From positions 32,178,001 through 32,242,000 of the forward strand of contig NC_086376.1 of assembly GCF_036588685.1 (NCBI RefSeq): 64,000 nucleotides of DNA. Reading direction: 5' to 3'. The translations under genes and the position numbers were made by a program. Source of the DNA: Mytilus trossulus (taxonomy: Eukaryota). How positions within the stretch are numbered: position 1 is the stretch's first letter; every line of letters starts with the position of its first letter. Shown piece after piece: positions 47,672-62,038 of this stretch. Below the pieces are notes generated by a model. It made no database searches and was not told the origin of the DNA. It saw nothing but the letters and a program-made list of their open reading frames with translations.

Positions 47672-48995
47672 TTAACAATGAAAAACAAAACAATTATGTT
47701 GGTTACAGGTTTATAACATTTCTGGACAATTAAGATTTTTTGAGCTGTGACACTTATAAGATATTCCCCAATGTTATGAAGAGTGTTCAGCTTGTTGCAT
47801 AGATTCTACTCTAGTTGAACAAAAACTGAAGCTATTTTAAGTGTGCGCACCTGACTCTTATTCCATCCATGAAATTGGTTAAAAAATTATGTTACAAAAA
47901 TATGCATGTTCAAAGGCTTATTTAATTTCTGGTTAATTACGAGATAAGTTACCGTTGGGGCTGCTTGAATACCTTATCAGCAGTTTAAATGAGAGTTGTG
48001 TATGTATATAGGAAATCATGATGTATCCAGGGTACATTAACTACATTTTGCCAAAAATATAGTGACAGATGTATGGGCTCTGACATATTTTTGGTGAGAA
48101 AAAAATGTGTATTGAATCAATCTATTGAAAAAATCGCAGGAGATAAATTTCGGTCCAGTTTGTGAATGTCAATTTACATATTTTATTGTATAAAAGATAT
48201 ATTCTCTAATAATAAATCTAAAGTTACGCTGCATAATTTTGTATATTAAGATCATGTTTCTATTTATTGGAGAGATGATACCAACCTACCTATGTAATGT
48301 GATTAAGATTGTCTTTTAAAAGTCCCATCTGATCTCATGTGTTCAAGTCATATAAACTTAATTGAATTTTACAGGTAGTTGGTAATGTGATACCTCTTTT
48401 TATAGTACCTTTTTTTCTACCTTAAAAAAGTACTTTTCCTTTTGCCAAGTACGTAAAGTTTGTGATACATTGAATTATTTCCCTTTGACATATGTTCTTA
48501 AAGAATTATGTTATTGAGACAAGATAGATAATTTTCTTTAATCATGAAAGTTATTGTTTTTTCAAAGTTTAAGGTGTTGCTTGATTTTATAGTTAATTTT
48601 TGTAATTTTACCAGGCAATGTCATATTTTAGAATTCAACATTGAATTGGTTTTTTTTTAATGAGAAAAGGGGGGGGGGTACTTAGAATCAACAGTATTAA
48701 CAAAAAATTACTTTCTGAATCATGAGTCAACTTTTTTTTAAATAAGAAATGGTTTAAAATTGATTGATCCTCAAATAGAGTGTTTGATTATTTGGATTTT
48801 TATTTTTGGTTAATAGAAAAAATAGCATATGCTTTTGGTATATGGCTTTCCTTAAGCTCTTTGTTAAATGTACCTTGAAGATTTTTTTTTTTATAATTTT
48901 TTTATTGCTTTCAAATGTGCAAGATTGTCATCTGTTTTTATAAAATTCTTATTCACTGAATAGAGTGGTATCTCAGCTGTTTTTGTGGACAATCT

Positions 48996-49362
48996 TTTAT
49001 AGTTCGTTCTTATTTCGGTTGTACTGTTAAACTACTGTCCCAGGTTAGGGGAGGGTTAGGATCCCGCTTAAACATGTTTAACCCTTCCACGTTATTTATG
49101 TGCCTGTAATTCAGTGGTTGTCGTTCGTTTATGTGTTACATATTTGTTTTTCGTTCATTTTATTATTGAAATAAGGCAGTTAGTTTTCTCGTTTGAATTG
49201 TTTTACATTGTCTTAACAGGCCTTTTATAGCTGACTATGTGGTATGGGCTTTGCTCATTGTTGAAGGCCATACGGTGACCTATAGATGTTAATGTCTGCA
49301 TCATTTTGGTCTCTTGTGGACAGTTGTCTCATTGGCAATCATACCACATCTTCTTTTTTATA
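48996..49362 (+). mobile_element. Long family A copy
   Basis: Closely matches 61495-61860; caatctt occurs on both flanks (possible TSD). Confidence 0.8.
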
Positions 49363-50084
49363 TTACCAATCTTCTTGAAATAAAATTAAAACTTTTTCAG
49401 TTGGAATCATTAAAATTATATGGCACTAATAATTACTGATGCATCAAGCAAACATAAGATTTAGGTGTGTCAAGGCTAAAGAAAGCTGATGTTCTATCAC
49501 AGTTTACATGTCCTCAGCATGTAGCAAGTATCATTTAATGATAATGTATGCAAAAAAATACAGTCAAAATTGACGTTAATGCATTGCAAATGTATTCAAA
49601 GGGCAGACAATTTGATAAAATCAAAGTAAATTGCTATGGGTTTTATCATATTATAAACATTTTCATATAATGATCCCTTTTTGTAATAGTTATATAGTAT
49701 CCTATATTTATTGTTAGTTTGTAGCAAGAAACCACTCTATTACCATATATATTGCACAACATCCTGATTAAGTATGCTAATTTATAGTATAGTGTCAAAA
49801 GTGTGAACGTTTTTTTCTGAACAAACCTGTAAAGAACATTAATATACAAGATAAGGCCTGTAAAATGAGTATAACGTGCTGACAGACCTTGACTGGATCC
49901 TGTTAAAAGACGAGATCCCATTGTTTATTGCAGGTTACTGAGTGGATAGACTGAGTCTGAATAATATTCTTAAATTTCTGTCTCTCTTAATAGGAAAATC
50001 TTGCATAGACATTTTCTGAAAAGTATCCCTGAAGACCTTCCTGACAAGCATTGCTTGTAACGTTGTATTACAATGGCTATTACA

Positions 50085-50489
50085 AGATACATGTTATTTC
50101 ATATGTTGCTAAAAAATGGCTGTACATGATATATGTCATTTCATATGTTGCTAAAAAATGGCTGTACAGGATACATGTCATTTCATATGTTGCTAAAAAA
50201 TGGCTGTACAGGATAAATGTCATTTCATATGTGGCTAAAAAATGGCTGTACAGGATACATGTCATTTCATATGTTGCTATAAAATGGCTGTACATGATAT
50301 ATGTCATTTCATATGTGGTTAAAAAATGGCTGTACAGGATACATGTAATTTCATATGTTGCTATAAAATGGCTGTACATGATATATGTCATTTCATATGT
50401 TTGCTATAAAATGGCTGTACATGATATATGTCATTTCATATGTTGCTATAAAATGGCTGTACATGATATATGTCATTTCATATGTTGCT
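50085..50489. repeat. 42-bp minisatellite, ~9.5 copies
   Basis: gata(c/t)atgtcatttcatatgttgcta(a/t)aaaatggctgtaca(g/t). Confidence 0.95.
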
Positions 50490-51219
50490 TCTGACAGAGC
50501 TGAAGCTTCTTCTGCTGTAGTTTGTGTTATTTGTTTATCACTTACGGGTATTTCTCAACAAGAGGATTCATTTCTTAATTTTCAGAGAAGAAAGCATGTT
50601 TTCAATTTCAAAGTTTAGAATTGGTAAAAAAAATTATAAAAGATTTCTATCAGACTACAAAACTATGTTGCATAAATTAATTTTTTGATGCAGCCAATCA
50701 TTATACTAAACTCAGTTTAGATAGATAAAATTTGAAAACCCTTGTTGATTTTGAGGTTAAAAGGTCAAGGCCACCACATCAAAATTTTGTTTTTATATAA
50801 TGTCTGCAAAAAAAACAAACTACTTTCGTAATCATCTGACCCTTATTGAGTTTGAAAGTGGTCTCATAATTTTGTTGGTCTAATATATGTCTATTTAATC
50901 CATATATGATATGAAAAAACAAAATAAGATTCAGTTGTATAAATATTGATTTTAAGTTAATTATTGAACTTAGCTTATAAACCAGCCTCCCTTACCCACA
51001 GTCCCACACACAGATATTTAATTTACTTTGGATTACAACCCTTACTTTTTTAATAGTACAGATTTTAATTCTTTTTATTGTCCGTAATAATAAAACATGG
51101 CACCATCTCTATTCTTCAATGACTATACAAACTCTCCAAATCTGTGTTTTATTGTATTATAATTGAAGTATTAACCTTATATTTAGATTTTATTGACCCA
51201 AATATTGGTTTATTATTAG

Positions 51220-51398
51220 ACGTGAAAACAATACTTCAAAAGACTGGCACAAAGCAAGCACTCCAAGCATAAAGTGAATGGGTGTATGGTTATAACCCTG
51301 TGTAGGGGACCTGAGCTTCACCATGTATGTAAAGGACAAGATAAGGTGTCGCCAGTCTGATACCAGATAAAAACCGCACAGGTTTGGCAGAAACTCAG
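51220..51398 (+). other. Candidate non-coding exon containing short upstream ORFs
   Basis: ttattattag| ... CAG|gtaaac; GC-richer than flanks; stops in all three frames; several ATG-stop mini-ORFs. Confidence 0.3.
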
Positions 51399-52002
51399 GT
51401 AAACGTCCCAGGTTTTGTGACTGCGATTATGGACAGTTTTACTATTGTAGAAGCTGTCAGCAGAGTTGCCCTACTGTAAAATCCTTAAATTACACTTTTG
51501 ATTTGTGTTTACTTATCATTTTGGATTAAGTTACAAGCCATGTAAAGTTATATTGTAAACAATTCTTGACATTTATGCTTGGGTACATCTCATAGATTGA
51601 AATTTGTTTTTAAAGACTTGCTGTGATGTTTCAATCAATTAAGATGCAACTGGTTTTGAATATTAATGAAAAGTTTGTGATGTATCGTATAGAAACTAAT
51701 AAAAACAATTTTAAAAATTCATTATATAAGCAATTTTTTTTTACATTTCTTCAAACAGAAAATGATTTTTAAAAATGTTATGGCAATACATGACATGCAG
51801 AAAATAAATGGATCCTAATTAACTTCCCAATTTATTACTAGATTAAAGTTTATCTAAAAGTCTTTGAAGTTTCTCAGCTGAACTTGGTTTGTAATAGGAA
51901 AATCTGTGATGTGAGGAGGAAGACAAGTCCGTTATAATCTGTAAGAGTTGATACAATGATACAGCTGGGTTTAATTTGTTGATTGAACATTAAATGGTGG
52001 TG

Positions 52003-52460
52003 TTTTTATGCCCTACTTACAATAGTAGAGGGCCATTATGTTTCTGGTCTGTGCATCCGTTCCTAAGTCTGTCTGTCTGTCTGTCTGTCTGTTTGTTCGT
52101 TCGTTAATCCATCTGTCTGTTCATTCGTCTGTCCCGCTTCAGGTTAAAGGTTTTGGTGAAGGTAGTTTTTGATGAAGTTGAAGTTTAATCAACTTCAAAC
52201 TTAGCACACATGTTCCCTTTGATATGATTTATTTGTTCTGTTTCTCAATTATCATAGGCAATAGGTAAACTTTTTTTGGTGTATGGAATAATTGTAAGGT
52301 GAATGTATAGCTTTCTGACAGGACTCATTTGACCTTGAGCATTATCATGGATCTTAATTTTTTTAGTTAATGTGAAACTTTTAGTAAAAGCCTCTACCTT
52401 GGTGACTTTCTACAAAAATGTTATAGTCAGTTAAACATGAGAGAAATTTAAACAATCTTG
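52003..52460 (+). mobile_element. Degenerate HINE-like element
   Basis: tttttatgccc..tagtagaggg start and (GTCT)n/(GTTC)n microsatellite; same family at 55958-56170. Confidence 0.65.
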
Positions 52461-53486
52461 TTTGATAATCAAAATATACAATTTTAGACTAAACTGATAC
52501 AGACAAAAGACAGTCAAAATATTTACTCAAGTAATGTATATTGATAATAGATGTTGTTTTTGTTTATGTTCTGACCCATGCTATAATTCTAGTACAAAAA
52601 TGCAATGGATTTTAAAGATTTGATACTTTTTACTTGAACCTTAATTTATGAATACATGATTTTCAATTTTCTTCTACTCCTACATATGAAAACAAGAGAA
52701 GTTTGATTTGAAGTATGAGCGTTGAAAAATGCCTTATTTTATGAGTATTGCTGATGGTTAAAGCATGTGCACCTAGATTCCATTAAAGCATATTGGAAAT
52801 TGAAAAAGGAAAATGGTACAAATAAGCTTCAAGGGCCTCTGGTTTACCAAATCTTATAACATGTGTTGATTTGGACTCCATGTCTGTAAACAATATAATA
52901 CCTGTGTTAATATCTATAAGCCTTTGACACTAAGTCAATAAAAACATGACATACGGATAACTTATTTTCTTTTTTCATGCATAATTTGTAAACAGAAGCA
53001 GATTACCGTGATGATCAAATAATGTTATAACATGTGCACGATAATTCTCAAGTCCCTGACCTACTAATAGATCCAAAATAGTTCATAGTAGATTAAAATT
53101 AACGATAGTGAAATGTCAGTAAGTGTATGTAAACACTGATCTGGCACCAACATATTGATAGGTATCAAACAATCAAGGTAGATATAGGTAAAAGGTCTTG
53201 AGAGCTTGATTAGAAACGACTCTTTGTTTTTAATGTTATCAGAAATATTGTTAATATCTCTTCTGAACTGCACATTAAGACAATAAGGGTATTGTTAATC
53301 CTGTAGCTTGATTAGAATTGTATTCTTTGTTTTAATGTAATTGGTAATATTGGTAATCTCTCTGAACTGCTCAGTAAGACAATACCTGTATTGATGATCA
53401 TGCAAGGTAATAAATACATCTGGCTTTGACTTTAACATCAGGTTTTAATAAATTTACTGCACTATTGGGATGAAAAGTATGAAAAA

Positions 53487-54400
53487 AAATGATAAAAAGG
53501 CTCTTTAATTTTTTAAGCAGGAACAAAATGATAAAAAGGCTCTATAATTATTTTCAAGCAGGAACAAAATGATAAAAAGGCTCTATAATTTTTTAAGCAG
53601 GAACAAAATGAAAAAAAGGCTCTATAATTTTTAAAGCAGGAACAAAATGATAAAAAGGCTCTATAATTTTTTAAGCAGGAACTAAATGATAAAAAGGCTC
53701 TATAATTTTTTAAGCAGGAACAAAATGATAAAAAGGCTCTATAATTATTTTCAAGCAGGAACAAAATGATAAAAAGGCTCTATAATTTTTAAAGCAGGAA
53801 CAAAATGATAAAAAGGCTCTATAATTTTTTAAGCAGTAACTAAATGATAAAAAGGCTCTATAATTTTTTAAGCAGGAACAAAATGATAAAAAGGCTCTAT
53901 AATTATTTTCAAGCAGGAACAAAATGATAAAAAGGCTCTATAATTATTTTCAAGCAGGAACAAAATGATAAAAAGGCTCTATAATTTTTTAAGCAGGAAC
54001 TAAATGATAAAAAGGCTCTATAATTTTTTAAGCAGGAACAAAATGATAAAAAGGCTCTATAATTATTTTCAAGCAGGAACAAAATGATAAAAAGGCTCTA
54101 TAATTTTTAAAGCAGGAACAAAATGATAAAAAGGCTCTATAATTTTTTAAGCAGGAACTAAATGATAAAAAGGCTCTATAATTTTTTAAGCAGGAACAAA
54201 ATGATAAAAAGGCTCTATAATTATTTTCAAGCAGGAACAAAATGATAAAAAGGCTCTATAATTATTTTCAAGCAGGAACAAAATGATAAAAAGGCTCTAT
54301 AATTATTTTCAAGCAGGAACAAAATGATAAAAAGGCTCTATAATTTTTTAAGCAGGAACAAATTGATAAAGAGTCTCTATAATTTTTTGAGCAGGAACAA
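53487..54400. repeat. 39/41-bp minisatellite, ~23 units, with higher-order variant order
   Basis: aaatgataaaaaggctctataatt(tttt/attttc)aagcaggaac. Confidence 0.97.
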
Positions 54401-55957
54401 CTGTTTAACAAATTACTGACATGTTAAATAAAACAGTTACAGCATTTGTGGTTTAAAGATTCTTGAAGATTTTTTTGAAACTTCATTTTAGAATGAAAGC
54501 ACCTGCAATATGCACCATGATGAATCTTTTGATGAAAATTATGAGGTCATTATTTATGTAAAACTTCCTGCAACTAATTAATAAACCACTTTTACAATTA
54601 TTAAGTAAGCAGTTAAGTTACAATTCATTGATATACTGCTGAATTGTTGAAGAAAAAAAGAAAACAATTTAGAGTAGCAGGTTCTCAGAAGCTGCCCTAA
54701 AAGCTTATTTTACAAGTAAGCAGATAAATCATCTGATAATATGTTGAATGATTAGAAAAATCAGGGAGTTGTTGGGAAAAAGTTTCTGAAAGTTAATTAG
54801 AAATTTCATTGTTACAGACGAAATCAGCGATATCTATTGATTAATTGTCAGTGATGCACATAGTTGATGAAGGTAATTACGTCAATACAAAAACAAAATT
54901 GGAAACAACGCAAATTTAAAAAAAAATAGTGCAACACAGTAGAAAACTGTACAGTCTGCATTAAGTTGGCCTTGGTTTTGATTTTATGTGGTGAAATTTT
55001 TGGTAAAACATCGAAATAGCTGTATGGTAGATTATAAATTGAGGAGAAACATATGAATCCATCATATAAAATCAGTTAAAATTATAGTTATTGCTTGCTC
55101 CTACAATTAAAGGTTTATAAAAATTGTTTTTTTTTAACTTCTAAATCTTAAATTTTCTTTAAATTTATGAATAACACAAATTTTCCATTTTCTCCAGATA
55201 TTATTGTTTAAAAAACATCAATGAAATTAAAGCTAACGTTCTCTTTTGTGACAATGTGTCTGTCTACAATTTAGAGCCGACAACTATTTTGCTTGGCCTT
55301 AAAGAAGTTTTAAAACTTATGTTAGACTGTTTCCTGGAAATTGATTTGGTGAAAATTTAAATATATAGCAAATGAGATATTCTATTCATAAGTCACAAAA
55401 ACCGAATAAACCTTTTTTCAACAGCTTAAAAATCCATGAACTGCGAAAATACATGTTTACTTTGATGGATCAATGTCTTTGAAGCCAGCCAAAAATTCAT
55501 CAGTATAAAATGAGTTTAGAATTAACAAGGTACACAAAATTGACAGTTAATACATCTTACACAAAAAAGCAATTTGTTATCTGATAGAGACATTTTAGTG
55601 TTTGTAAACAAAGTAAGTTTGCCAGAAATGTCATCAAGTGTGTGTACACAGACAGACGAGTGTTTAGGAGACACAGAAATAGAAGTAATTGGGTATTGAG
55701 TACAGAGTCATCCTATTATTATTATAATTCTGGTTATTTTGGTTACTTTGAGAGGTGTTAGCTAGTCTGTTGCTGTGTAGTACTTCAGTCTAAGTATTCT
55801 TGTAAGAGTCTGCCAATATGGAAAAAGTTGATTATTCTCTGTATTCTTCTTCTTCTTTTGGTTTCTAGCGATCCTTCAATTATTGAAGATTATTCGCCGT
55901 CGGCGATTATTGTTTTAATGCTAAAAAATACTTTTCTCTAATTCTTATAATGTAGCA

Positions 55958-56170
55958 TTTTTTTTATGCCCCACCTACGATAGTAGAGGGGCCTTATGTT
56001 TTCTGGTCTGTGGGTCTGTTCGTCCATTCATTCGTTTGTCTGTCCAGTTTCAGGTTAAAGTTTTTGGTCAAGGTAGTTTTTGATGAAGTTGAAGTCCACC
56101 AATTTCACAGTCCACTGAACATAGAAAATGATAGTGCAAGTGGGGCATCAGTGTACTGGGGACACATTCT
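55958..56170 (+). mobile_element. Internally deleted HINE-like element (both ends present)
   Basis: 5' end as at 52003; 3' end is the reverse complement of 1321-1380. Confidence 0.7.
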
Positions 56171-56364
56171 TTTTTTTTACCAGTTCTGAGTTGTTTATTT
56201 ATTAAACATTTACAGATGGTTCCTTTTCTGCTCTCTTCTTCAGTGAAGGACTGAATTTTAAAGTCAAATTTTATTACTGTCTTCTGTTTTTGTGTACCAT
56301 CTAATTCTTATATTAGAAAAAAAGCATCCTTGTTTTCCATATACATGTACATGTAGTAAGTTTT

Positions 56365-56924
56365 CCTGGTCCAGTTCATATCTCAGATACTATTAGTAGT
56401 ATAAGGTAGGTCAAGTTGTCAACTATGTTTAGTGTATGGAATGATTGTTAGATTAACATGTCTTTCTAGCAGGTTTCATCTGACCTTGACCTTTTTATCA
56501 TGTTTCATTTTTCAATGTACAGAAATGTTTTTGTGTTATGTGCATTTCTTAGACAATTTAAGCAATAGGTCAGAACATTTTTTGAATGTAATGATTTTGA
56601 GGTGTATAGTCTGTTTGACTGGGTTCATCTGACCTTGACTTCATTTCCATGGTTCCTTGGTCAATATTAGGTTTGATGGATCAGTCCATTTATCAACTGC
56701 TGTAATCAATTGGTTAACTATATGTGTTGAATTGATGGACGAGGTGTACATGTCTATCTGACAATGTTCATCTGACCTTGACTTCATAAATATATTATGA
56801 TCATTGATATGTTTATCTTATGGAATACTCATTGCATAACCTTTTTCTTGAATACTTTGGACATAAGTTCAATCATGATCGATCAGTAAAGCAGGCAAGA
56901 CATGACAGCATGTGCATTCTTGTT
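56365..56924 (+). mobile_element. HINE-like 3' part with ~148-bp cores
   Basis: catctgaccttgac repeats and end gcaagacatgacagcatgtgcattcttgtt, as in 31840-32940. Confidence 0.65.
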
Positions 56925-59344
56925 TCATTGTTAATTCTGAATTTATATCACCAACAATCATTTGTGCAAACTTTCCTTTTCTTTCCTCTTGGCTTTATTC
57001 CAGTTTCATGCATAACGTTTGTCACTGTCAGTGTCAACATATAAATTTAGCATGGTGTCAAAAAGTGCATAGCAGTAAACTGGTTCCTTTATGGAACAGT
57101 CTGCACTCTGTTAACTGCACTAGAACTGATTTGTAACATTAGAGTCTGATGATCATGCATATAACCTTTATAACTTTTTCCTTATTAGCTAATTAAACAA
57201 TTTGTACATTTGAATTTTTAATTTGAATCTTAAGCAAACATTCCATATAATACCAAGCAAAATTTTCAAATTAAAGGTCTTGCTAACAAATCACACTGTG
57301 TTATAGAGTCTCAAGCAGGAAATGCCAACCAAAACATTTTGTTCATGCTGGAAGTCATAAATGTCAAGATGAACTTTTTCTATACATGCATACGTTTATA
57401 AATGTCAAGCTTCTCCAGACAATGGTATTAAACTTCTAAAAACTGATATTCAGACTTAACTATTTCTTCCTGACTTTAAAACTCTTAACTTTTTATCTAA
57501 AACAAAAAAGGGCTGTAAAACTAAAGCTTTTATTTTTTTCATTGTTTTTCAATTTACAAAAATTGCAATGGGATACTCTGCCAGTATCACAATACACATT
57601 TTCATAGCATAATTTGTTTTCAGAATGTTTGAAAATTGCAATAATATATTTTTTAACAATAACTGGTGCATTTCTGAATTTCAGTAATCAGATGGACATC
57701 AAAATGCCAGTATTAGAGGCTCCATGAACAATTATGACAAACAAAATTGTTTAGCAGATTTACCAACAAATTCTATACTATCGTATGTTGTTTTTTTTTA
57801 ATGTGACTGTCCTACATATTACTATTGAAAGGGCAATCTATAATCTAATTACCATTTCTTCACATAAACGTGACACTTTCCCGTCTTGTTTTTGAAATTT
57901 TATCCCCCTGTACTGTAACTAAATCAGGGTATTTAAAGTACATAGAACAATAGTAGTATAATATTAGAACATGCCGCCAAATTGGCTACTATAGTTAGTC
58001 TATAGTAGTCATGGTGTCATTGCTGTGAATAGAGTGTCATCACAAATCTTTTTGATCAGTACTTTAATAATGTTCACAGATCATCACTTATAAAAAGGAT
58101 CAGATTTTGTTATTATTCAGTTTTTTCAAAGCCTTATATATCAGTTTAGGTCTAAACAGTACTTTTGTACAACCCTAATTATCACCCAGTAAAAAAGAAA
58201 TCTCCCTATTTTTTATGTGTTACTATTTTTACCATGACACTTAACAATACGAATTTTTCTGTACATGTACTAAGATCCACATTTAGACAAATAATCCTCA
58301 TCAGTTAAACTCTCAAGGTCAAAATACTTTGAAGAGCTGATATTACTGAAAAGGACCAAAAGTATAACCATACATACATGTACATGTATAGAAAAGGAAT
58401 CGGAGCTTCAGATAAAAGATATACATTCCTTAATTTTAAAAAAAAACTTTTATTTTTTTCTGCAAATTTTATAAAAAGGAGAGCGAGCCATCAACACATT
58501 CTCAACTACAATAAAGATAAAATATTTATATATGTCTTTATTCAGCTGTGGTCAGCACATATAAAAACTATTTAAGTACCATATTTTAGTTCTTTACTTT
58601 TGCCATAGGTTTTATGCTTGTAACCCTGGCCTATACAATGCATTTGTGGCATTTTTGATATCACACATTATGTACCCATGAAGTTCTAATTTAACAATTT
58701 TTTCAGAGTTATGTCCCTTGAGTGATTGTTTTGTTGTGTTGAGTTATTTGCTCAAATTATATACCGCAACTATCTGTAGTTGGAGTTACAGACCATATAA
58801 TATTATAGAATGTATAATAAGAGAATACATGTAGTAGTTTTACCGTACTCTATGACAAATTAGTTGCCATACTCCCTAAACTTGCCTGCCAGGGCATCTA
58901 GAATCAAATACAAGCTGAAAATCACTCTGCTGTAACAATTTTTTGTTCTAACAAAAAACCTGTGGTAGGTTAGTGAGTTAAACTAGTTTCTAAAGTTGTA
59001 TATTGTCATTATGGTATAATGACTCTTGGGACAGGGGGAAGTGCAGTGATCCCTCCCTTAACCTAGTAGATATATAACTGCCACCATTATCTTTGTAAGT
59101 GGAGTAATCGTTCAGGTTATTAGGAAGAGGAGTTATATACTTTGCTAGGTTTGACATCTGGGTCTTGTACAGTGGTAAATTTTGGAAGAAAATGGTCCTC
59201 TTCTTTTTCAGCTGTTCAAACTAAATTGCTCACAATTAATTCGTACAAGTTTGTGGTAAAGTCACCTAAAACAAGCTGTATAATGGTTTTGATACCCAAA
59301 AGCTGTTGGGTAACTCTGATACAATTCAAAAAGAGACATATAGC

Positions 59345-59517
59345 TGTTTAAATTACAGCATTAAAATATAAACATAGATGCAAGAAAATTGGTTGATATA
59401 TGTATGATTTTGGTTGTAGTTCTAATATTACAAACTTTTATAAACAAAAAATGTGTACGTAACACATTGTACCTTGTCGTCAATCTATATTTACATTTTA
59501 ATGCTGTAATTTAAACA
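59345..59517. repeat. Inverted repeat / MITE remnant
   Basis: tgtttaaattacagcattaaaat / attttaatgctgtaatttaaaca, extending imperfectly to ~35 bp. Confidence 0.7.
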
Positions 59518-60108
59518 CAATGTTTTGACCAGACATCAAGTATAAAGTTATATGATACCAGAGTGTTTTATGTCTGTCTCCTATTTTGTTCCTTATTTCT
59601 AATTTTAATGTAATGCCTTTATACAGATTTCCTTGTATTCTATTACTTAAAGTTCAGAGTGGTTTATGTCTGTCTGCTATTATTTTCCTTATTTCTATTT
59701 TTATTTTAATGCCTTATACAGATATCCTTGTTTTCCATTACTTAGAGTTTAGATTAAAATACAAATAAGAATGAATCACTTCCTTCTAATGTTTATTATC
59801 AGAGTTTATGGGAATAAATTTGTACATGTATATCCAAATATAGTTATATTAAGGAATTCAAAACAGAAAATGGGCGATGTAATCTAAACCGAAATACTTT
59901 GACAACTTATTTTAAAAACAAAGAAATTTTGAAAAATGAATTACTGTTTTAATCTTTTTTTTTTAAGAACTTAACTCAAACTTTTACAAATTTTGTAAAA
60001 ATGAAAAATATGTTAGTGTGCTAATTGATGTTCATAGATCACTATAAGTACAGAACAGTATAATTCTGTCATATTTGTCTGAAAGTGGTACACAAATTAT
60101 ATAACAAT

Positions 60109-60279
60109 CAGGCCCGTAGCCAGACATTTCCAAGGGGGGATTCGTTGTACTTACAAACTCAACTTTAACAGTCGCAGCAGCAATTCGAACAGAACATTTA
60201 CTTTAACAGTGCATATTTGTTGTCAAAGGGGGAGGGGGGGTCATCAAACCCCCCCCCCCCCACCCGGGCTACAGGTATG
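60109..60279. mobile_element. GC-rich MITE with 5-bp TSD
   Basis: caggcccgtagcc / ggctacaggtatg; ACAAT at 60104-60108 and 60280-60284. Confidence 0.75.
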
Positions 60280-60392
60280 ACAATTGCAGCATATAGTCTC
60301 TAATACATGTTGAAAGTAGCATTTAAACAACAATCAATCAATCAATCAATAGTTTACAGCATTGTCTATTCAAAAGCTGTCCTGGATTTCTC

Positions 60393-60426
60393 CAGAGACA
60401 TATAATACATATATTATATGTCTCTG
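60393..60426. mobile_element. 34-bp perfect hairpin element with 7-bp TSD
   Basis: cagagacatataata-cata-tattatatgtctctg; ATTTCTC on both sides. Confidence 0.7.
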
Positions 60427-61435
60427 ATTTCTCTCAACATTTCATTTGTTTCAAGTAAATATGTTCTATCCTTATAGTGAACAGCCTGTTAAGCAAACTA
60501 CATGAAATGAAAAGCAAGTTTGCCCAATTAATAAGCAGCTGTGTTTTATTCTATGCATGGAAAGTTGTATTTGTACAGGGTATACGTTATTAACCTCTAC
60601 CAGTGAAATATGTCATATTCCAATTTTTGTTTTAATTATACGAAAAGTACTCTTAATACTGGTAATTACGGATGTTTGTTTTGACTTTTTGACATGCAAC
60701 TCCTTCTTGACACAGACTTAAGAAAATTTCAGCGGAACTTTTTATTAGATTGGTGTTATTGAATTTGACCAAACAAGCGTGCATAACACTTTCCTTGTCA
60801 ATAAAATATATTTTAATACATTTTAAGAAAATAGTGACCTTTTATATATTTTTCACGAGTCAATAAACCTATTTGAACATTGTTAATGCTGACACTTTGT
60901 TTACATCGTAAAAACAATTTGTTTACATTTTAAAAATGGGTACTTATAAAGTTTGTTTGATTAAGTACTTGATTATGGGTCACTGCACCTCTCAATTTAG
61001 GATACAAGGAAAAAAGTGAGTTGATCTGGCAGACAAAAAGTTCAAAAGCCTAATCATGAAGATGCCATGGGGCTGTATTTTGTAATTTCATGACAATTAT
61101 ATGATAATGAATGATACAGATCTTTACACATGGCATTTTTTCAACATCCAAATAATCAAATGAGATCTTTGATTTTAATTAGTCAGGTTTTTTGGCACAA
61201 GCTTCCTTCATTATTTGCCAGAGTACATTGTTAGTAACCAATGGTTCATTTGATATCACTAACGTGTGGATTTACCCTGTGGTTGGTGACGATAGCCAAA
61301 CTTATGACTAATCCATTTACCTTTATATGAATACATGTCATAAGTTAGTTATACATCAATGAGACAGCTGCCCAACATAAAAAATAACTAAAAGACATCA
61401 AGAGATTAATATATGGTCTTAAATTTAAGACTGGT

Positions 61436-62038
61436 ACCATGTCCACTTGTATTTTTGTCCATCTGATGAGTTAAGCCGTTTTCAACTGATTTTTATAGTT
61501 CGTTCTTATGTTATACTTTTATACCACTGTTCCAGGTTAGGGGGAGGGTTGGGATCCTGCTAACATGTTTTACCCTGCCTCATTCTGTATGCAAGTCTGG
61601 GCTCTGTAATTCAGTGGTTGACGTTTGTTTATGTGTTGCATATTTGTTTTTTGTTTAATTTTTAAATACATTAGGCCGTTAGTTTTCTCGTTTGAATTGT
61701 TTTACATTGTTATTTCAGGGCCTTTTATAGCTGACTATGTGGTATGGGCTTTGCTCATTGTTAAAGGCTGTACAGTGACCTATAGTTGTGAATTTCTGTG
61801 TTATTTTGGTCTCTTGTGAAGAGTTGTCTCATTGGCAATCATACTACATCTCCTTTTTTTTCAATATGCAGGGTCTATCTTGAATAACAATGGAAACATA
61901 TAACAGACTGAGAGACTATTAGATTTCTTGGCAACAGCCTAAATTCCCCTAAAATGACAATAAAATATAAAGATATGTCGTTTTGGTCTTTTGTGAATAG
62001 TTTTCTCATTGGCAATCATACCACATCTTCTTTTTATA
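61436..62038 (+). mobile_element. Longest family A copy plus a second 3' fragment (61978-62038)
   Basis: Collinear with 48996-49362; shared 3' end. Confidence 0.8.

Noticed and set aside
50051-50618. ORFs with ISYVAKKWLY repeats on both strands
   Set aside because: Translation of the 42-bp minisatellite; a 1-nt insertion near 50400 breaks the frame.
53513-54240. Repeated ORFs (NYRAFLSFCSCLK)
   Set aside because: Translation of the 39/41-bp minisatellite; the 41-bp units shift the frame.
61462-61500. CTGATGA in the longest family A copy as a hammerhead ribozyme
   Set aside because: No GAAA after a plausible stem II and no stem III/UH site could be built by eye.
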